Of a DNA stretch of 64,000 nucleotides, positions 50,865 through 62,074 are shown in pieces. Origin of the DNA: Macrostomum lignano (lineage: Eukaryota); contig NIVC01002298.1 of NCBI GenBank assembly GCA_002269645.1, forward strand, positions 87,970-151,969, in the 5' to 3' direction. Position 1 is the stretch's first letter. Every line of letters begins with the position of its first letter. Below the pieces are notes generated by a model. That model did not search any database. It was given only the letters and a program-made list of their open reading frames with translations, and had not been told where the DNA came from. The translations under genes and the position numbers were made by a program.

Positions 50865-53648
50865 TCTGCCGAACTCGATCCACTCCAGGCCAGCCGCCAC
50901 CGCGAACTCGACGACACGGACCGGCGGCCGAGGCGACGCGGCGACTCCGACAGCCACCACCACCGCCGCCACCAGCATCGGCCTGACGATGCTGTCGACC
51001 AACGCGACGCTGATCGGGTTCAGCGGGACCATCGGGACCGGGATGCCCGACGCCGCGAGCACCATCGGCACAGTCAGCAGCGCGACGAAGACCAGCCGCG
51101 ACGAAGGGAGCGATCGCGCTCTCGGTCTGCTGACCGCTTTGACACCCGTCGGGAGCGCGGGGGCGGCGGTGGCGGTGGCAGAGGCCGCGGCCGTCGCGAG
51201 CATCGCCAGCAGCAGCAGCGGTTCGAGTGGGGCCGCCCGGACCAGCAGCGAGTGAAATCTGAAACCGGCGAAGAGCCCGACGAGAAAAAGCCGCCGCCGC
51301 CACCCAAGCAGATGGCCAACATGGGGCTCTCCGGCAAGCTGGCCGAGGACACCAACATGTACAAGGGTGTGCTCATCAAGTACAGCGAGCCCGCCAACGC
51401 CCGCATGCCCAAGAAGCGCTGGCGACTCTATCCGTTCAAGGTGAGGGCTTCTGGGGTGCACTGGGACTCCCACATCCCCAGTTGCTGGCCCCAGCCTCCC
51501 AGATCCTCAGTTGCTGGGCCAGCCTCCCAGATCCTCAGTTGCTGGGCCAGCCTCCCAGATCCTCAGTTGCTGGGCCAGCCTCCCATATCCTCAGTTGCTG
51601 GGCCCAGCCTCCCAGATCCTCAGTTGCTGGGCCCAGCCTCCCAGATCCTCAGTTGCTGGGCCAGCCTCCCAGATCCCCAGTTGCTGGGCCCAGCCTCCCA
51701 AATCCTCAGTTGCTGGGCCAGCCTCCCATATCCTCAGTTGCTGAACCAGCCTCCCAGATCCCCAGTTGCTGGGCCAGCCTCCCAGATCCCCAGTTGCTGG
51801 CCCAGCCTCCCAGATCCTCAGTTGCTGGGCCAGCCTCCCAGATCCTCAGTTGCTGAACCAGCCTCCCAGATCCTCAGGTGCTGGGCCAGCCTCCCAGAGT
51901 GTCAGTTGCTGGGCCAGCCTCCCAGATCCTCAGTTGCTGGGCCAGCCCCCATATCCTCAGTTGCTGGGCCAGCCTCCCAGATCCCCAGTTGCTGGGCCAG
52001 CCTCCCATATCCTCAGTTGCTGGGCCAGCCTCCCAGATCCCCAGTTGCTGGGCCCAGCCTCCCAGATCCTCAGTTGCTGGCCCAGCCTCCCAGATCCTCA
52101 GTTGCTGGGCCCAGCCTCCTAGATCCCCAGTTGCTGGGCCCAGCCTCCCAGATCCTCAGTTGCTGGGCCCAGCCTCCCAGATCCTCAGTTGCTGGGCCAG
52201 CCTCCCAGATCCTCAGTTGCTGGCCCCAGCCTCCCATATCCTCAGTTGCTGGGCCAGCCTCCCAAATCCCCAGTTGCTGAACCAGCCTCCCATATCCTCA
52301 GTTGCTGGGCCAGCCTCCCAGATCCCCAGTTGCTGGGCCCAGCCTCCCAGATCCTCAGTTGCTGGGCCCAGCCTCCCAGATCCCCAGTTGCTGAACCAGC
52401 CTCCCAGATCCCCAGTTGCTGAACCAGCCTCCCAGATCCCCAGTTGCTGGGCCCAGCCTCCCAAATCCTCAGTTGCTGGGCCAGCCTCCCAGATCCTCAG
52501 GTGCTGGGCCAGCCTCACAGATCCTCAGTTGCTGGGCCAGCCTCCCATATCCTCAGTTGCTGGGCCCAGCCTCCCAGATCCTCAGTTGCTGGGCCCAGCC
52601 TCCCAGATCCTCAGTTGCTGGGCCCAGCCTTCCAGATCCCCAGTTGCTGGGCCAGCCTCCCAGATCCTCAGTTGCTGGCCCCAGCCTCCCATATCCTCAG
52701 TTGCTGGGCCAGCCTCCCAGATCCCCAGTTGCTGGGCCAGCCTCCCAGATCCCCAGTTGCTGGCCCAGCCTCCCAGATCCTCAGTTGCTGGGCCAGCCTC
52801 CCAGATCCTCAGTTGCTGGGCCAGCCTCCCAGATCCCCAGTTGCTGAACCAGCCTCCCATATCCTCAGTTGCTGAGCCAGCCTCCTAGCGGAATGGGCGA
52901 TGCTCGCCTCCCCGCTGCGTCTTCGGACCGCCCTGCAGCTAAGTGGGCCAGCCTCCCAGTTCCTCAGTTGCTGAACCAGCCTCCCAGATCCTCAGGTGCT
53001 GAGCCAGCCTCCCAGAGTGTCAGTTGCTGTTCCAGCCTCCCAGATCCCCAGTTGCTGGGCCAGCCTCCCTGATCCTCAGGCCAGAAAATTGAAACCTTTC
53101 AGATCATCAATAGAGATAATATAAGCCAACATATTCCTAAACCAAAACCCGGATCATCCCAGATCCTCACTAAATTCCCCTTTCCCCACCCACCTCAGGG
53201 CGAGGAGGCCATGAAGCCGCTGTACGTGCACCGGCAGAGCGGCTACCTGATCGGCAAGGACCGCAAGGTGGCCGACATCCCGATGGACCACCCGTCCATC
53301 TCCAAGCAGCACGCGGCCCTGCAGTACCGGCTGGTGGAGTTGGAGCAGCCGGACGGCAGCAAGTCGCGGCTGGTGAAGCCGTACATCATCGACCTGGAGT
53401 CCGCCAACGGCACCTACCTCAACGGCGAGCGCGTCGAAGCTCGGCGTTATATTGAATTAAAAGAACGCGACGTACTTAAATTCGGCTACAGTTCGCGCGA
53501 ATATGTTGTACTGAGCGAGAACGCCGGAGAAGGCGAGGACAGAGCTGCCGCCGCAGGCGGTGACGACCGAGTGCCACCCAGCGACAGCGACGACTCCGAC
53601 ATTGAACCCATGGCTGCGGCAGCGTCTTCCCGGCACAGGCAAAGATGA
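50865..53648 (+). CDS. SNIP1: Smad nuclear-interacting protein 1 (FHA domain; Pml1 homologue of the RES complex); exons about 50865 (or 50889)-51440 and 53199-53648; start codon not found in genomic sequence
   Basis: R/D/H-rich N-terminus then NMGLSGKLAEDTNMYKGVLIKYSEPANARMPKKRWRLYPFK, and FHA region YLIGKDRKVADIPMDHPSISKQHAALQYR...YIIDLESANGTYLNGERVEARRYIELKERDVLKFGYSSREYV; phase-0 GT-AG intron 51441-53198. Confidence 0.93.
51478..53080 (+). repeat. 27-29-bp minisatellite filling the SNIP1 intron (cagttgctgggccagcctcccagatcct)
   Basis: About 55 copies; source of the many overlapping PQLLGQPP/ASQILSCW ORFs. Confidence 0.96.
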
Positions 53649-53704
53649 TTGGGATCTCAATTTGTCAGGACTTCAATGTATAAAAAATGCCCTAGTGTTT
53701 GGCG

Positions 53705-53885
53705 ATCTGTATTCATGGGGATTCGGGATCTGTGTTCATGGGGATTTGGGATCTGTGTTCATGGGGATTTGGGATCTGTGTTCATGGGGATTTGGGATCT
53801 GAATTCATGGGGATTTGGGATCTGTATTCATGGGGATTTGAGATCTGTATTCTTGGGGATTTGGGATCTGTATTGATGAATTCAT
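53705..53885 (+). repeat. 23-bp array (gggatttgggatctgtgttcatg) just 3' of the SNIP1 stop codon
   Basis: About 7-8 copies. Confidence 0.9.
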
Positions 53886-54271
53886 GAGGATTTGGGGCTT
53901 AAATCTCTTTAAAATTCGAATACTTAATTCGTTTTATAGTCGACCAATGCAGGTAAACTTTTAATACTACTTCTGTAGCCTCGACTTATAAGTAGTTTGA
54001 CGTGAAAGTAGCTGCCAGTTTATTTTTTCCGTTGCTCTTTCCGATATTTAATGCACGAGATGCTTTGCAACCAGTGCGATGTACAGTTGGCTCACAACAG
54101 TGAATCATCGGCGCTTTAACAATATTTGAAGTTGCTTTCTCAGGCAGCTCTTTGCGTACTCAAATAAATTGTATCTACTGACTTGCTCTAACTTTAACGT
54201 GGCTGTCTATAAATGTCTAAAGTTTTGATAATCTTTCAGACTTTATCTTTTTTCTGATTTGTTTAGAATAC

Positions 54272-54506
54272 AACCCTGCACTCCCTGCAACCCTGCACTC
54301 CCTGCACTCCCTGCATCCCTGCACTCCCTGCATCCCTGCACTCCCGCAACCCTGCACTCCCTGCACTCCCTGCACTCCCGCAACCCTGCACTCCCGCAAC
54401 CCTGCACTCCCTGCATCCCTGCACTCCCTGCACTCCCTGCAACCCTGCACTCCCTACAACCCTGCACTCCCTGCAACCCTGCACTCCCTGCAACCCTGCA
54501 CTCCCT
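54272..54506 (+). repeat. 8-9-bp ccctgcact/ccctgcaa array
   Basis: Read directly. Confidence 0.9.
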
Positions 54507-54982
54507 ACGACGTGCACTCTTCACACGCCTAAAATCTACAATTCTCTAAGCTCGTCAGTCCCGTTACCGAATATTGACTCCCGCAGCAGCAACAGCAGCA
54601 CTGAATAACCCTTCGTGCTTTTGCTCCGGCCCCCAAAAGGGCACCGGCAGAGTTGGTGGGTAAATAAACAAGCGGCCGCTGCTGTGGGCCGCCATATCCG
54701 ATTTCTTAATCCTCTTATCAACAGGCAGCAAAAGTGCGCTGGCAGCTTTTATCCCGATGGGCAGTTCGAGGACTGGAAGTTGGAACTGCATTCGATTGTC
54801 GCGCCTGCACTGCACTGATTTCTGTTGAGAGATCGGCTTCCTGAAGTCCTTTGGTCAGGCGACTGAGGGGGGGGGGTTGTCCATTTCGAATTCGGACTCG
54901 AACTGCGGTGTTTGCCTCTGCCACCCTGATCTGATCACTGGCTTCTCCGGCTCTGCCTGCACTGCTTCTGTGCTCTGATGTC

Positions 54983-55170
54983 CTCTGTCTGAATGTCTGT
55001 GTGTCTGTGCCATCCGTCTGTCTGTGTGTCTGTCTGTGTCTGTGCCATCCGTCTGTGTGTCCGTCTGTGTGTCTGTCTGTGTGTCTGTGCCATCCGTCTG
55101 TGTGTCTGTCTGTGTGTCTGTCTGTGTGTCTGTGCCATCCGTCTGTCTGTCTGTGTGTCTGTCTGTCTGT

Positions 55171-55229
<59 letters not shown>

Positions 55230-55282
55230 CCCATCTATCTATCTATCTATCTATCTGTCTATCTATCTATCTATCTATCTAC
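54983..55282 (+). repeat. Compound microsatellite: (TGTC/TG)n, (TGCC)n, (TCTA)n
   Basis: Read directly. Confidence 0.92.
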
Positions 55283-55965
55283 CTATTATAAATCAAAAGT
55301 CAATTTGTCAACCAAATCTCTATCCAAAATCTCAGTTCATCTGAGTTCAGCTCCCTGTGCATCTCCTCCGCAAAGTGCTTCAGTCACAGACTTGAAAACG
55401 CCCGAAGTTGGCCGCAGTGTTCAGCACTGATAAACCCGAGATGACTGGGGTGGGGGGTGGGGGTGCTGGCACACTGCAGCTGCTGGGGCCTCGCTGCATT
55501 CAGGCCGGTGTTTGCGGCGCCTCCGCCGGCTCCTCCTTCCCCGCCGCGACCCCCTGCCGGGTGCCATAAATCAGGCCCCGCATGTCAGCCAGTTCCTTGG
55601 TTGCAGCAAGTTGCCGCAGCCAATTATCGGGACTGCGTCTGACGACATCTGCAGATTCTGGGCTGGAAGGTTCAAGAAGGCAAGAAATTATACAGACACC
55701 GACAGATACTGGCTCGCTGGGATCTGCCTTGGCTGTTTGTGTGTTCTGCTGCTTCTGTTGCGGTTACCGCCGCTAATTGTGCTGCTGCTGCTGCTGCTGC
55801 TGCTGCCTCCCTGACCCCTGGTTCGATTCCGCGTACGCGGCCACAATAATTTGGGGCTTGTTCGAGAAAATTGGCCAGTGGGTTGTTGTTGTGCAATTCA
55901 CCAGCCACAGAGGCACAAGAGAGTGAGCATGCCTGATGATTAGAAGGTTTATTAGGGCCGTTGTG

Positions 55966-56082
55966 CTAACTACTACTACTATTACTATTATCTAGATACT
56001 ACTACTACTACTACTGCTACTACTACTACTACTACTGCTGCTGCTAATACTACTGCGACTACTGTTACTACTACTACTACTA
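55966..56082 (+). repeat. (TAC)n/(CTG)n trinucleotide tract
   Basis: Read directly; another (CTG)n run at about 55780-55806. Confidence 0.9.
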
Positions 56083-56820
56083 ATTGCTTTCATTGCTTCA
56101 AATATAGTATTCTCTAAGCTTGGCCGCACTTGGCGGGGCTCTTTAGGAATGCATTCGCGGGCATCTGATTCAGTTTGACAAGTTGTGACCCTCACGCGCT
56201 TGCTGACAGCCTGTCAGTCTGGAGCAGTACTTGCTATGCAGTGTTTGATTTACCTGGTACTAACCACCTACTCAGCCTCTTCTCAAAGCTCCATAATGCA
56301 TCTGCGCTTGTAGTTGCAGATTCTCAGCTGTAGACAAAAAGCAAAGTATTGAGCAGTTCATGAGAAACCAGCAGCCACTTGAATAGCACTCGAGAAATTT
56401 ACCTTGCCGAGCTGAAACCTGCCGCAGGTGACCTGTAATTTAGTGGCGACCGCCACCTCACCCCAGTTCCTTCACCCACGCAGCTCGCCGGCCAGTACAG
56501 ATAAAACTGTAAACTCAGAGGCGAAGGTATCAGCAAAATTACAGACAATATTTTCAATTTCGCTACGCACCTGCAGCATCTGAGCACTGATGCCGGCCCC
56601 ACAGCAGCCGAGGCCAACCAGCCAGTGAGTGTTCTTGGGCTCCTTTAAACAGGTTATAACAGTCTGATAGAAACTCTCCAAAGCACCCCTGTCCCAGCTC
56701 AAGTTCGGAAGGCATAGAGAGGGAAGATGGATAAATCAAGGTCAAATTCGCAGCTTCCAGCCTCGGCCAGATGCTGTTAAATTGTGTTTTTTGTATCTTG
56801 CCCATCCCGCTGACTCCTCA

Positions 56821-57170
56821 GCACTCATGCTCATGCAGGGTGTACAGGGGCACTCATGCTCATGCAGGGCGTACAGGGGCACTCATGCTCATGCAGGGTG
56901 TACAGGGGCACTCATGCTCATGCAGGGTGTACAGGGGCACTCATGCTCATGCAGGGTGTACAGGGGCACTCATGCTCATGCAGGGTGTACAGGGGCACTC
57001 ATGCTCATGCAGGGTGTACAGGGGCACTCATGCTCATGCAGGGTGTACAGTGGCACTCATGCTCATGCAGGGTGTACAGTGGCACTCATGCTCATGCAGG
57101 GTGTGCAGGGGCACTCCTGCTCATGCAGGGTGTACAGGGCACTCATGCTCATGCAGGGTGTACAGGGGCC
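56821..57170 (+). repeat. 29-bp tandem array (gcactcatgctcatgcagggtgtacaggg), about 12 copies
   Basis: Period 29 at 56851/56880. Confidence 0.95.
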
Positions 57171-57174
57171 CTGA

Positions 57175-57345
57175 CTTTCTAATCGTCAGGCACTTTCTGT
57201 GCCTTGGGGGTTGGCCCTCATGGCTGTGAACTTCACGACCCCCCCCCCCAAGACACTGTCCGTACACAAAGCCTGTGAGGAATCGAACCCCTAGATCTCT
57301 GGCGCAAAATTCGGACGCTCGTGCCGCAATCGGCCCCAAAAGTGA
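57175..57345 (-). mobile_element. Probable tRNA-derived SINE
   Basis: Minus strand gggccgattgcgg (A-box-like)...gagcgtccgaattttgcgccagagatctaggGGTTCGATTCC (B box at 57289-57279), then a tRNA-unrelated tail sharing 36/38 nt with the 43-bp array at 13.8 kb. Confidence 0.5.
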
Positions 57346-57375
57346 CATTCTGAAATCTTAAAACTCCTCCACCAG

Positions 57376-59128
57376 GAAGCCTCCAGCGGCAGCCGCCGCC
57401 GCGGCAGCTGAGAGGCTCCGCAAACGCCGCCAGCTCGCCCCGTTCGTCGCCGCCTGCGTGACGTCATCAGCCATCGGCCTGTCGCTGAACCTGGCGGCCC
57501 TCAATCTGCCGAGCTGGTGGCTGCTGGTGGCGAACGGCACCTCGGGCGCATCGATGCGCGGCATCTTGACCGGCTGCGACTCGAACTCGCGCTGTCAGCC
57601 GCTCGATTTCGGACAGTCAACGATGCTGGATTCTTCATCAACATTTCAACGCCAGTGGCGTCTCGCCGTGCTGGCGCTGCACCTTGGCGCCGCCGTGATG
57701 CACCTCCTGGCTGCCTGCGTCACCGCCGTGGCGCTGTTCGCCTCCGGCCAGGCCGCCCGCCGCAGGTTCCTCGGGGTCGCCCAGGCCGCCGCATTCGTCG
57801 CCTTCGCCTGCCAGGCCGCCGCGTTTCTGGCCTGCCAGGTCAGCGACTGACCCCATTGACCTCGGCTGACCCCATTGACCCCGGCTGACCCCACTGACCC
57901 CGGCTGACCTTGACGGACCCCCCACTGATCTGATTGACCCCGGCTAACCTCGCTGGACTCCCCGACTGACCTGATTGACCCCGGCTGATCCCACTGACCC
58001 AGGCTGACCTCGACGGACCCCCGACTGACCCTGATTGACCCCGGCTGACCTTGACGGACCCTTGACCGACCCTGATTGACCCCGGCTGACCCCACTGACC
58101 CAGGCTGACCTCGACAAACCCCCCGACTGACCCTGATTGACCCCGGCTGACCTTGACGGACCCCTTGACTGACACTGATTGACCCCGGCTGATTCCACTC
58201 ACCCGAAAGACTTCCGGCCGATCCTCACTGGCCCCGGCTGATCCACTGACCCCATTTCTGACCCAAAATGACCCCTCCTAATTCCCACTGACCCAGACTG
58301 ACAGCAGCTGACACAGATAACTGCCACCGTCACTCGCAGATGTCAGCCACTCTTGATTGGCTGTCCGATTCAACGATGACGTCATCGTCCATGGAGCCGG
58401 GGCTGGCGCACTGGCTGGGCCTGTCCGGCTGCCTGGCGGCCTGGCTGGCGGCCGGACTGCAGCTGCTGCTGGCCTGGGCGGCTCGGCCGCCAGAGGAGGC
58501 GACAGCGGCTCCCGAAGCGGCGCCGCCGGAAGTCGCTCCTTCCGGAGTGACGCTCAAGGTGGCACCGGGAGCGGCACCGGAAGTGGCACCGGGAGCGGCA
58601 CTGGGAGCGGCACCGGGAGCGGCACTGGGAGCGGCACCGGGAGTGGCCCGGGGAGCGGCACCGGGAGCGGCACTGGGAGCGGCACCGGGAGCGGCACCAA
58701 AATCGACAGCGGCCCCGGCGGTCGGCCCGCCAGCTGTCAGAGCGGCGCCAGGCGTGCCGACAACCGGCCTGGCACCGGGACTGATGATGCAGGGCCTTGT
58801 GCCGGTGTTCATTCCCGTGTCGACGCCGCTGTTTATGATGGTCGGCGGCGGTGTCGGCGGTGGCGGCGGCGTTCCGATGCCCGGCCTGCTGCCTGGCACC
58901 TTGCCAACTGGATTGGCACCGGGAATGGCACCAGGAATGGCACCGGGAATGGCACCAGGAATGGCACCGGGAATGGCAGGTCCGGGCGAGCAGCGGTTCC
59001 GCTCCGCCGTCGAGCTGCACAGCGGAGCAGCGGCGGCATCAACAGCCGCCGAGGCCGGTTCGCCTCGTCAGTCGGTGGATGACAGTCTGGCGTCCACTCG
59101 CAGGCTCGTCCGTCAGCGCATTGATTGA
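57376..59128 (+). CDS. Claudin/PMP22-superfamily-like 4-TM protein with a long Ala/Pro/Gly/Met-rich C-terminal tail; exons about 57376-57838 and 58340-59128; start unresolved
   Basis: TM1 FVAACVTSSAIGLSLNLAAL followed by WW, then G-ILTGC-x5-C in loop 1; TM2 and TM3 in exon 1; CAG|gtcagc donor at 57838 and cgcag|ATG acceptor at 58339 in phase 0; TM4 GLAHWLGLSGCLAAWLAAGLQLLL. In-frame TAA at 57359 with no ATG before TM1. Confidence 0.7.
57845..58305 (+). repeat. Degenerate ctgacccc/attgaccccggctgacc minisatellite filling the claudin-like intron
   Basis: Read directly. Confidence 0.85.
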
Positions 59129-59314
59129 AACTTTGCAGACACTGGGGGGAGGACGCAGCTCTAGTCTTGATCCGGCAAACGTTGGGGACAATTCAATGCT
59201 AATAAATTATGCTCTTGGTTATCGCTTGCAACTTCGAAATTAGTTAAATTCGAAATTTGGAAACTCATTCAATAACCAGACAGCCGGAAAACAGGAAAAT
59301 CTGTCAGAGTCAAA

Positions 59315-60222
59315 TGATCAGATAGTGAGAGAGTCAGATAGTGAGAGAGTCAGATAGTGAGAGAGTCAGATAGTGAGAGAGTAAGATAGTGAGAGAGTAA
59401 GATAGTGAGAGAGTAAGATAGTGAGAGAGTAAGATAGTGAGAGAGTCAGATAGTGAGAGAGTAAGATAGTGAGAGAGTAAGATAGTGAGAGAGTCAGATA
59501 GTGAGAGAGTAAGATAGTGAGAGAGTCAGATAGTGAGAGAGTCAGAGAATCAGAGAGTCAGAGAATCAGAGAGTCAGAGAATCAGAAAATCAGAGAATCA
59601 GAGAGTCAGAGAGTCAGAGAATCAGAGAGTCAGAGAATCAGAGAGTCAGAGAGTCAGAGAATCAGACAGTCAGAGAGTCAGAGAGTCAGAGAATCAGATA
59701 ATCAGATAATCAGACAGTCAGAGAGTCAGAGAGTCAGAGAGTCAGAGAATCAGAGTCAGAGAATCAGAGAATCGGAGTCAGAGAATCAGACAGTCAGAGA
59801 GTCAGAGAATCAGACAGTCAGAGAGTCAGAGAATCAGACAGTCAGAGAGTCAGAGAATCAGAGAGTCAAAGGGCCAGAGAATCAGAGAGTCAGAGTCAGA
59901 GAATCAGAGAATCAGAGTCAGAGAATCAGAGAATCAGAGTCAGAGAATCAGACAGTCAGAGAGTCAGAGAATCAGAATCAGAGAATCATAGAGCCCGAGA
60001 GTCAGATAGTGAGAGAATCAAAGAATCAGAGTCAGAGAATCAGACAGTCAGAGAGTCAGAGAATCAGAGAGTAAGATAGTGAGAGAGTGAGAGAGTCAGA
60101 GAATCAGAGTCAGAGAATCAGAGAATCAGAGTCAGAGAATCAGAGAATCAGAGTCAGAGAATCAGAGAGTCAGAGAGTCAGAGAATCAGACAGTCAGAGA
60201 GTCAGAGAATCAGAGAGTCAGA
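59315..60222 (+). repeat. 14-bp gagagtcagatagt array grading into an 8-bp cagagagt/cagagaat array
   Basis: Read directly; the RESESQ ORFs are artefacts. Confidence 0.93.
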
Positions 60223-60999
60223 GGCAGTCCCTGCCTGAAGCCAGTGTCCTGAACTCGAGTCCGTCCATTCTTTTTCTTATCCTCTTGACCGTCCATTTCC
60301 TGCGCTGCTTTCAGAAGAAACTCTCCAATTTCTCGCTGTCCCCGCGCACTGCCTGGAATAAAGCAAAGCCTGCGGTGCTGCATTGCGCAACCCCGGCGGC
60401 CACAAGCCGCTGTCAGCGACAAGTGGCTGCACCGGGGGGATGGAGGTAATTAGCAGCAGGTTGATGGGGAACTGATTCCTAATGGCGGAGGATGGGGCGT
60501 GGAGGATTCTGGGCCAATCCGGTGTGGGCTTCTGCAGATTCTTTAAAGCACTGGCTTCTGAAATCGCCTTTGGTCTGAACTCGCCAGCTGGTCAGCAGAG
60601 TCAGGGAGTGATGTTGCTTGGCGGAGGCTGGAGGCTGCTGTTCTCAGGGTCGGTCAGCTCCTTGTCGTCGGCGTCCACCGCCACCACGTCGACTCACAAG
60701 CTGGCGCAGCCCGCCCGGCTGCCAGAAGCGCCGGTCAGGCACCGCGGCACCGCCACAGTGGCGTGGCCTTCCGGCCTGCCCAGCTGCCCGACTGTACACA
60801 GCCCACAGCCGCTCAGCTGCCGCCGCTGCGGCCGGCCCGGACTCCGACTGAGGCGAACGCTGATGATGATGAGGCAGCTGGGGCCAGGCTGACTGCCGAG
60901 GCTGCTGGAGTGACTGCGCTGAAATCTGGTGAGTGTTCAGTGCGGTAGCAGTGTCATGGACTGCTAATCTCTAGCTAGTGTCATGGACTGCTAATTAAG

Positions 61000-61412
61000 C
61001 TAGTCAACATCAAGAATGAGAAGTATAGAATGGATTGCTAATCTAGTCAACATCAAGAATGAGAAGTATAGAATGGATTGCTAATCTAGTCAACATCAAG
61101 AATGAGAAGTATAGAATGGATTTCAACATCAAGAATGAGAAGTATAGAATGGATTTCAACATCAAGAATGAGAAGTATAGAATGGATTTCAACATCAAGA
61201 ATGAGAAGTATAGAATGGATTTCAACATCAAGAATGAGAAGTATAGAATGGATTTCAACATCAAGAATGAGAAGTATAGAATGGATTTCAACATCAAGAA
61301 TGAGAAGTATAGAATGGATTTCAACATCAAGAATGAGAAGTATAGAATGGATTGCTAATCTAGCTAGTCAACATCAAGAATGAGAAGTATAGAATGGATT
61401 GCTAATCTAGCC
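61000..61412 (+). repeat. 33-bp array (caacatcaagaatgagaagtatagaatggattt) with ~43-bp variants at its edges
   Basis: About 11 copies. Confidence 0.95.
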
Positions 61413-62074
61413 TAAATCAAACACGGCTGAACTTTCTTCTGAAATACGAAAATATACGTAAATAATTTCAAATTCACCTCTCGCGCGCCAGCAAAAAGCA
61501 GAACCCAGTCGGTCTGAAAGGCAGTTATCAGCGGTCCAGAGGTCAAGTGTCAGTGCCAGATGTACTTTTATTAGTCCAGCAGGCCAGCGAGAAAGCGATG
61601 GCGGTTATTTGAATAAACGGAGAATCGCTGATGCGAGAGACTTTCTGCCTTCTGGGTTCGCAGTCTGGGTTCCATACCGGATTGAATGCTTGCAACATCC
61701 CCACTCTTTCTATGAAAGTTATTTCGCTTCCCAATATTCTGCTGGCTCGCAAGGGACTTGCGGTGACAACAAGAAAAGTTGGAATCTGCTCGGCACAAAT
61801 TGCTTCATCTCTCTTCTAATCTTGATGGGGAATTGCGGAACGCAAGCGGCCGGCGTGCCGCCCCCAATTCAATTTCGTGTCGACCATTTTGGCCGCCAGC
61901 GACTTTTATGCGGCTTCGCCCCGGGGGGACCCGCGTGGGAAGTTTTCCCCATCTGATTAAGTGAGAACACTCGTGAGGACACTCACTTGAGCAGAGTGTC
62001 GTCTGGGTTCGGGGGAATTCGGATTTTTATAATAGCTCTTCGAGTGCTGCTTGCAACTTGCAAACAGGGTGTTG

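Noticed and set aside
50748-51473. 241-aa minus-strand ORF
   Set aside because: Antisense shadow of the GC-rich SNIP1 exon; similar shadows occur over the EHD and claudin-like exons (e.g. 39164-39892, 58330-58899).
55818-55845. B-box ggttcgattcc followed by ...cca, resembling a tRNA 3' half
   Set aside because: The upstream sequence is a (CTG)n run, so no cloverleaf can be built.
54560-56805. Scattered protein-like minus-strand ORFs (e.g. 56472-56702, 55672-55908, 54564-54815)
   Set aside because: No recognisable domain or consistent exon chain could be assembled by eye.
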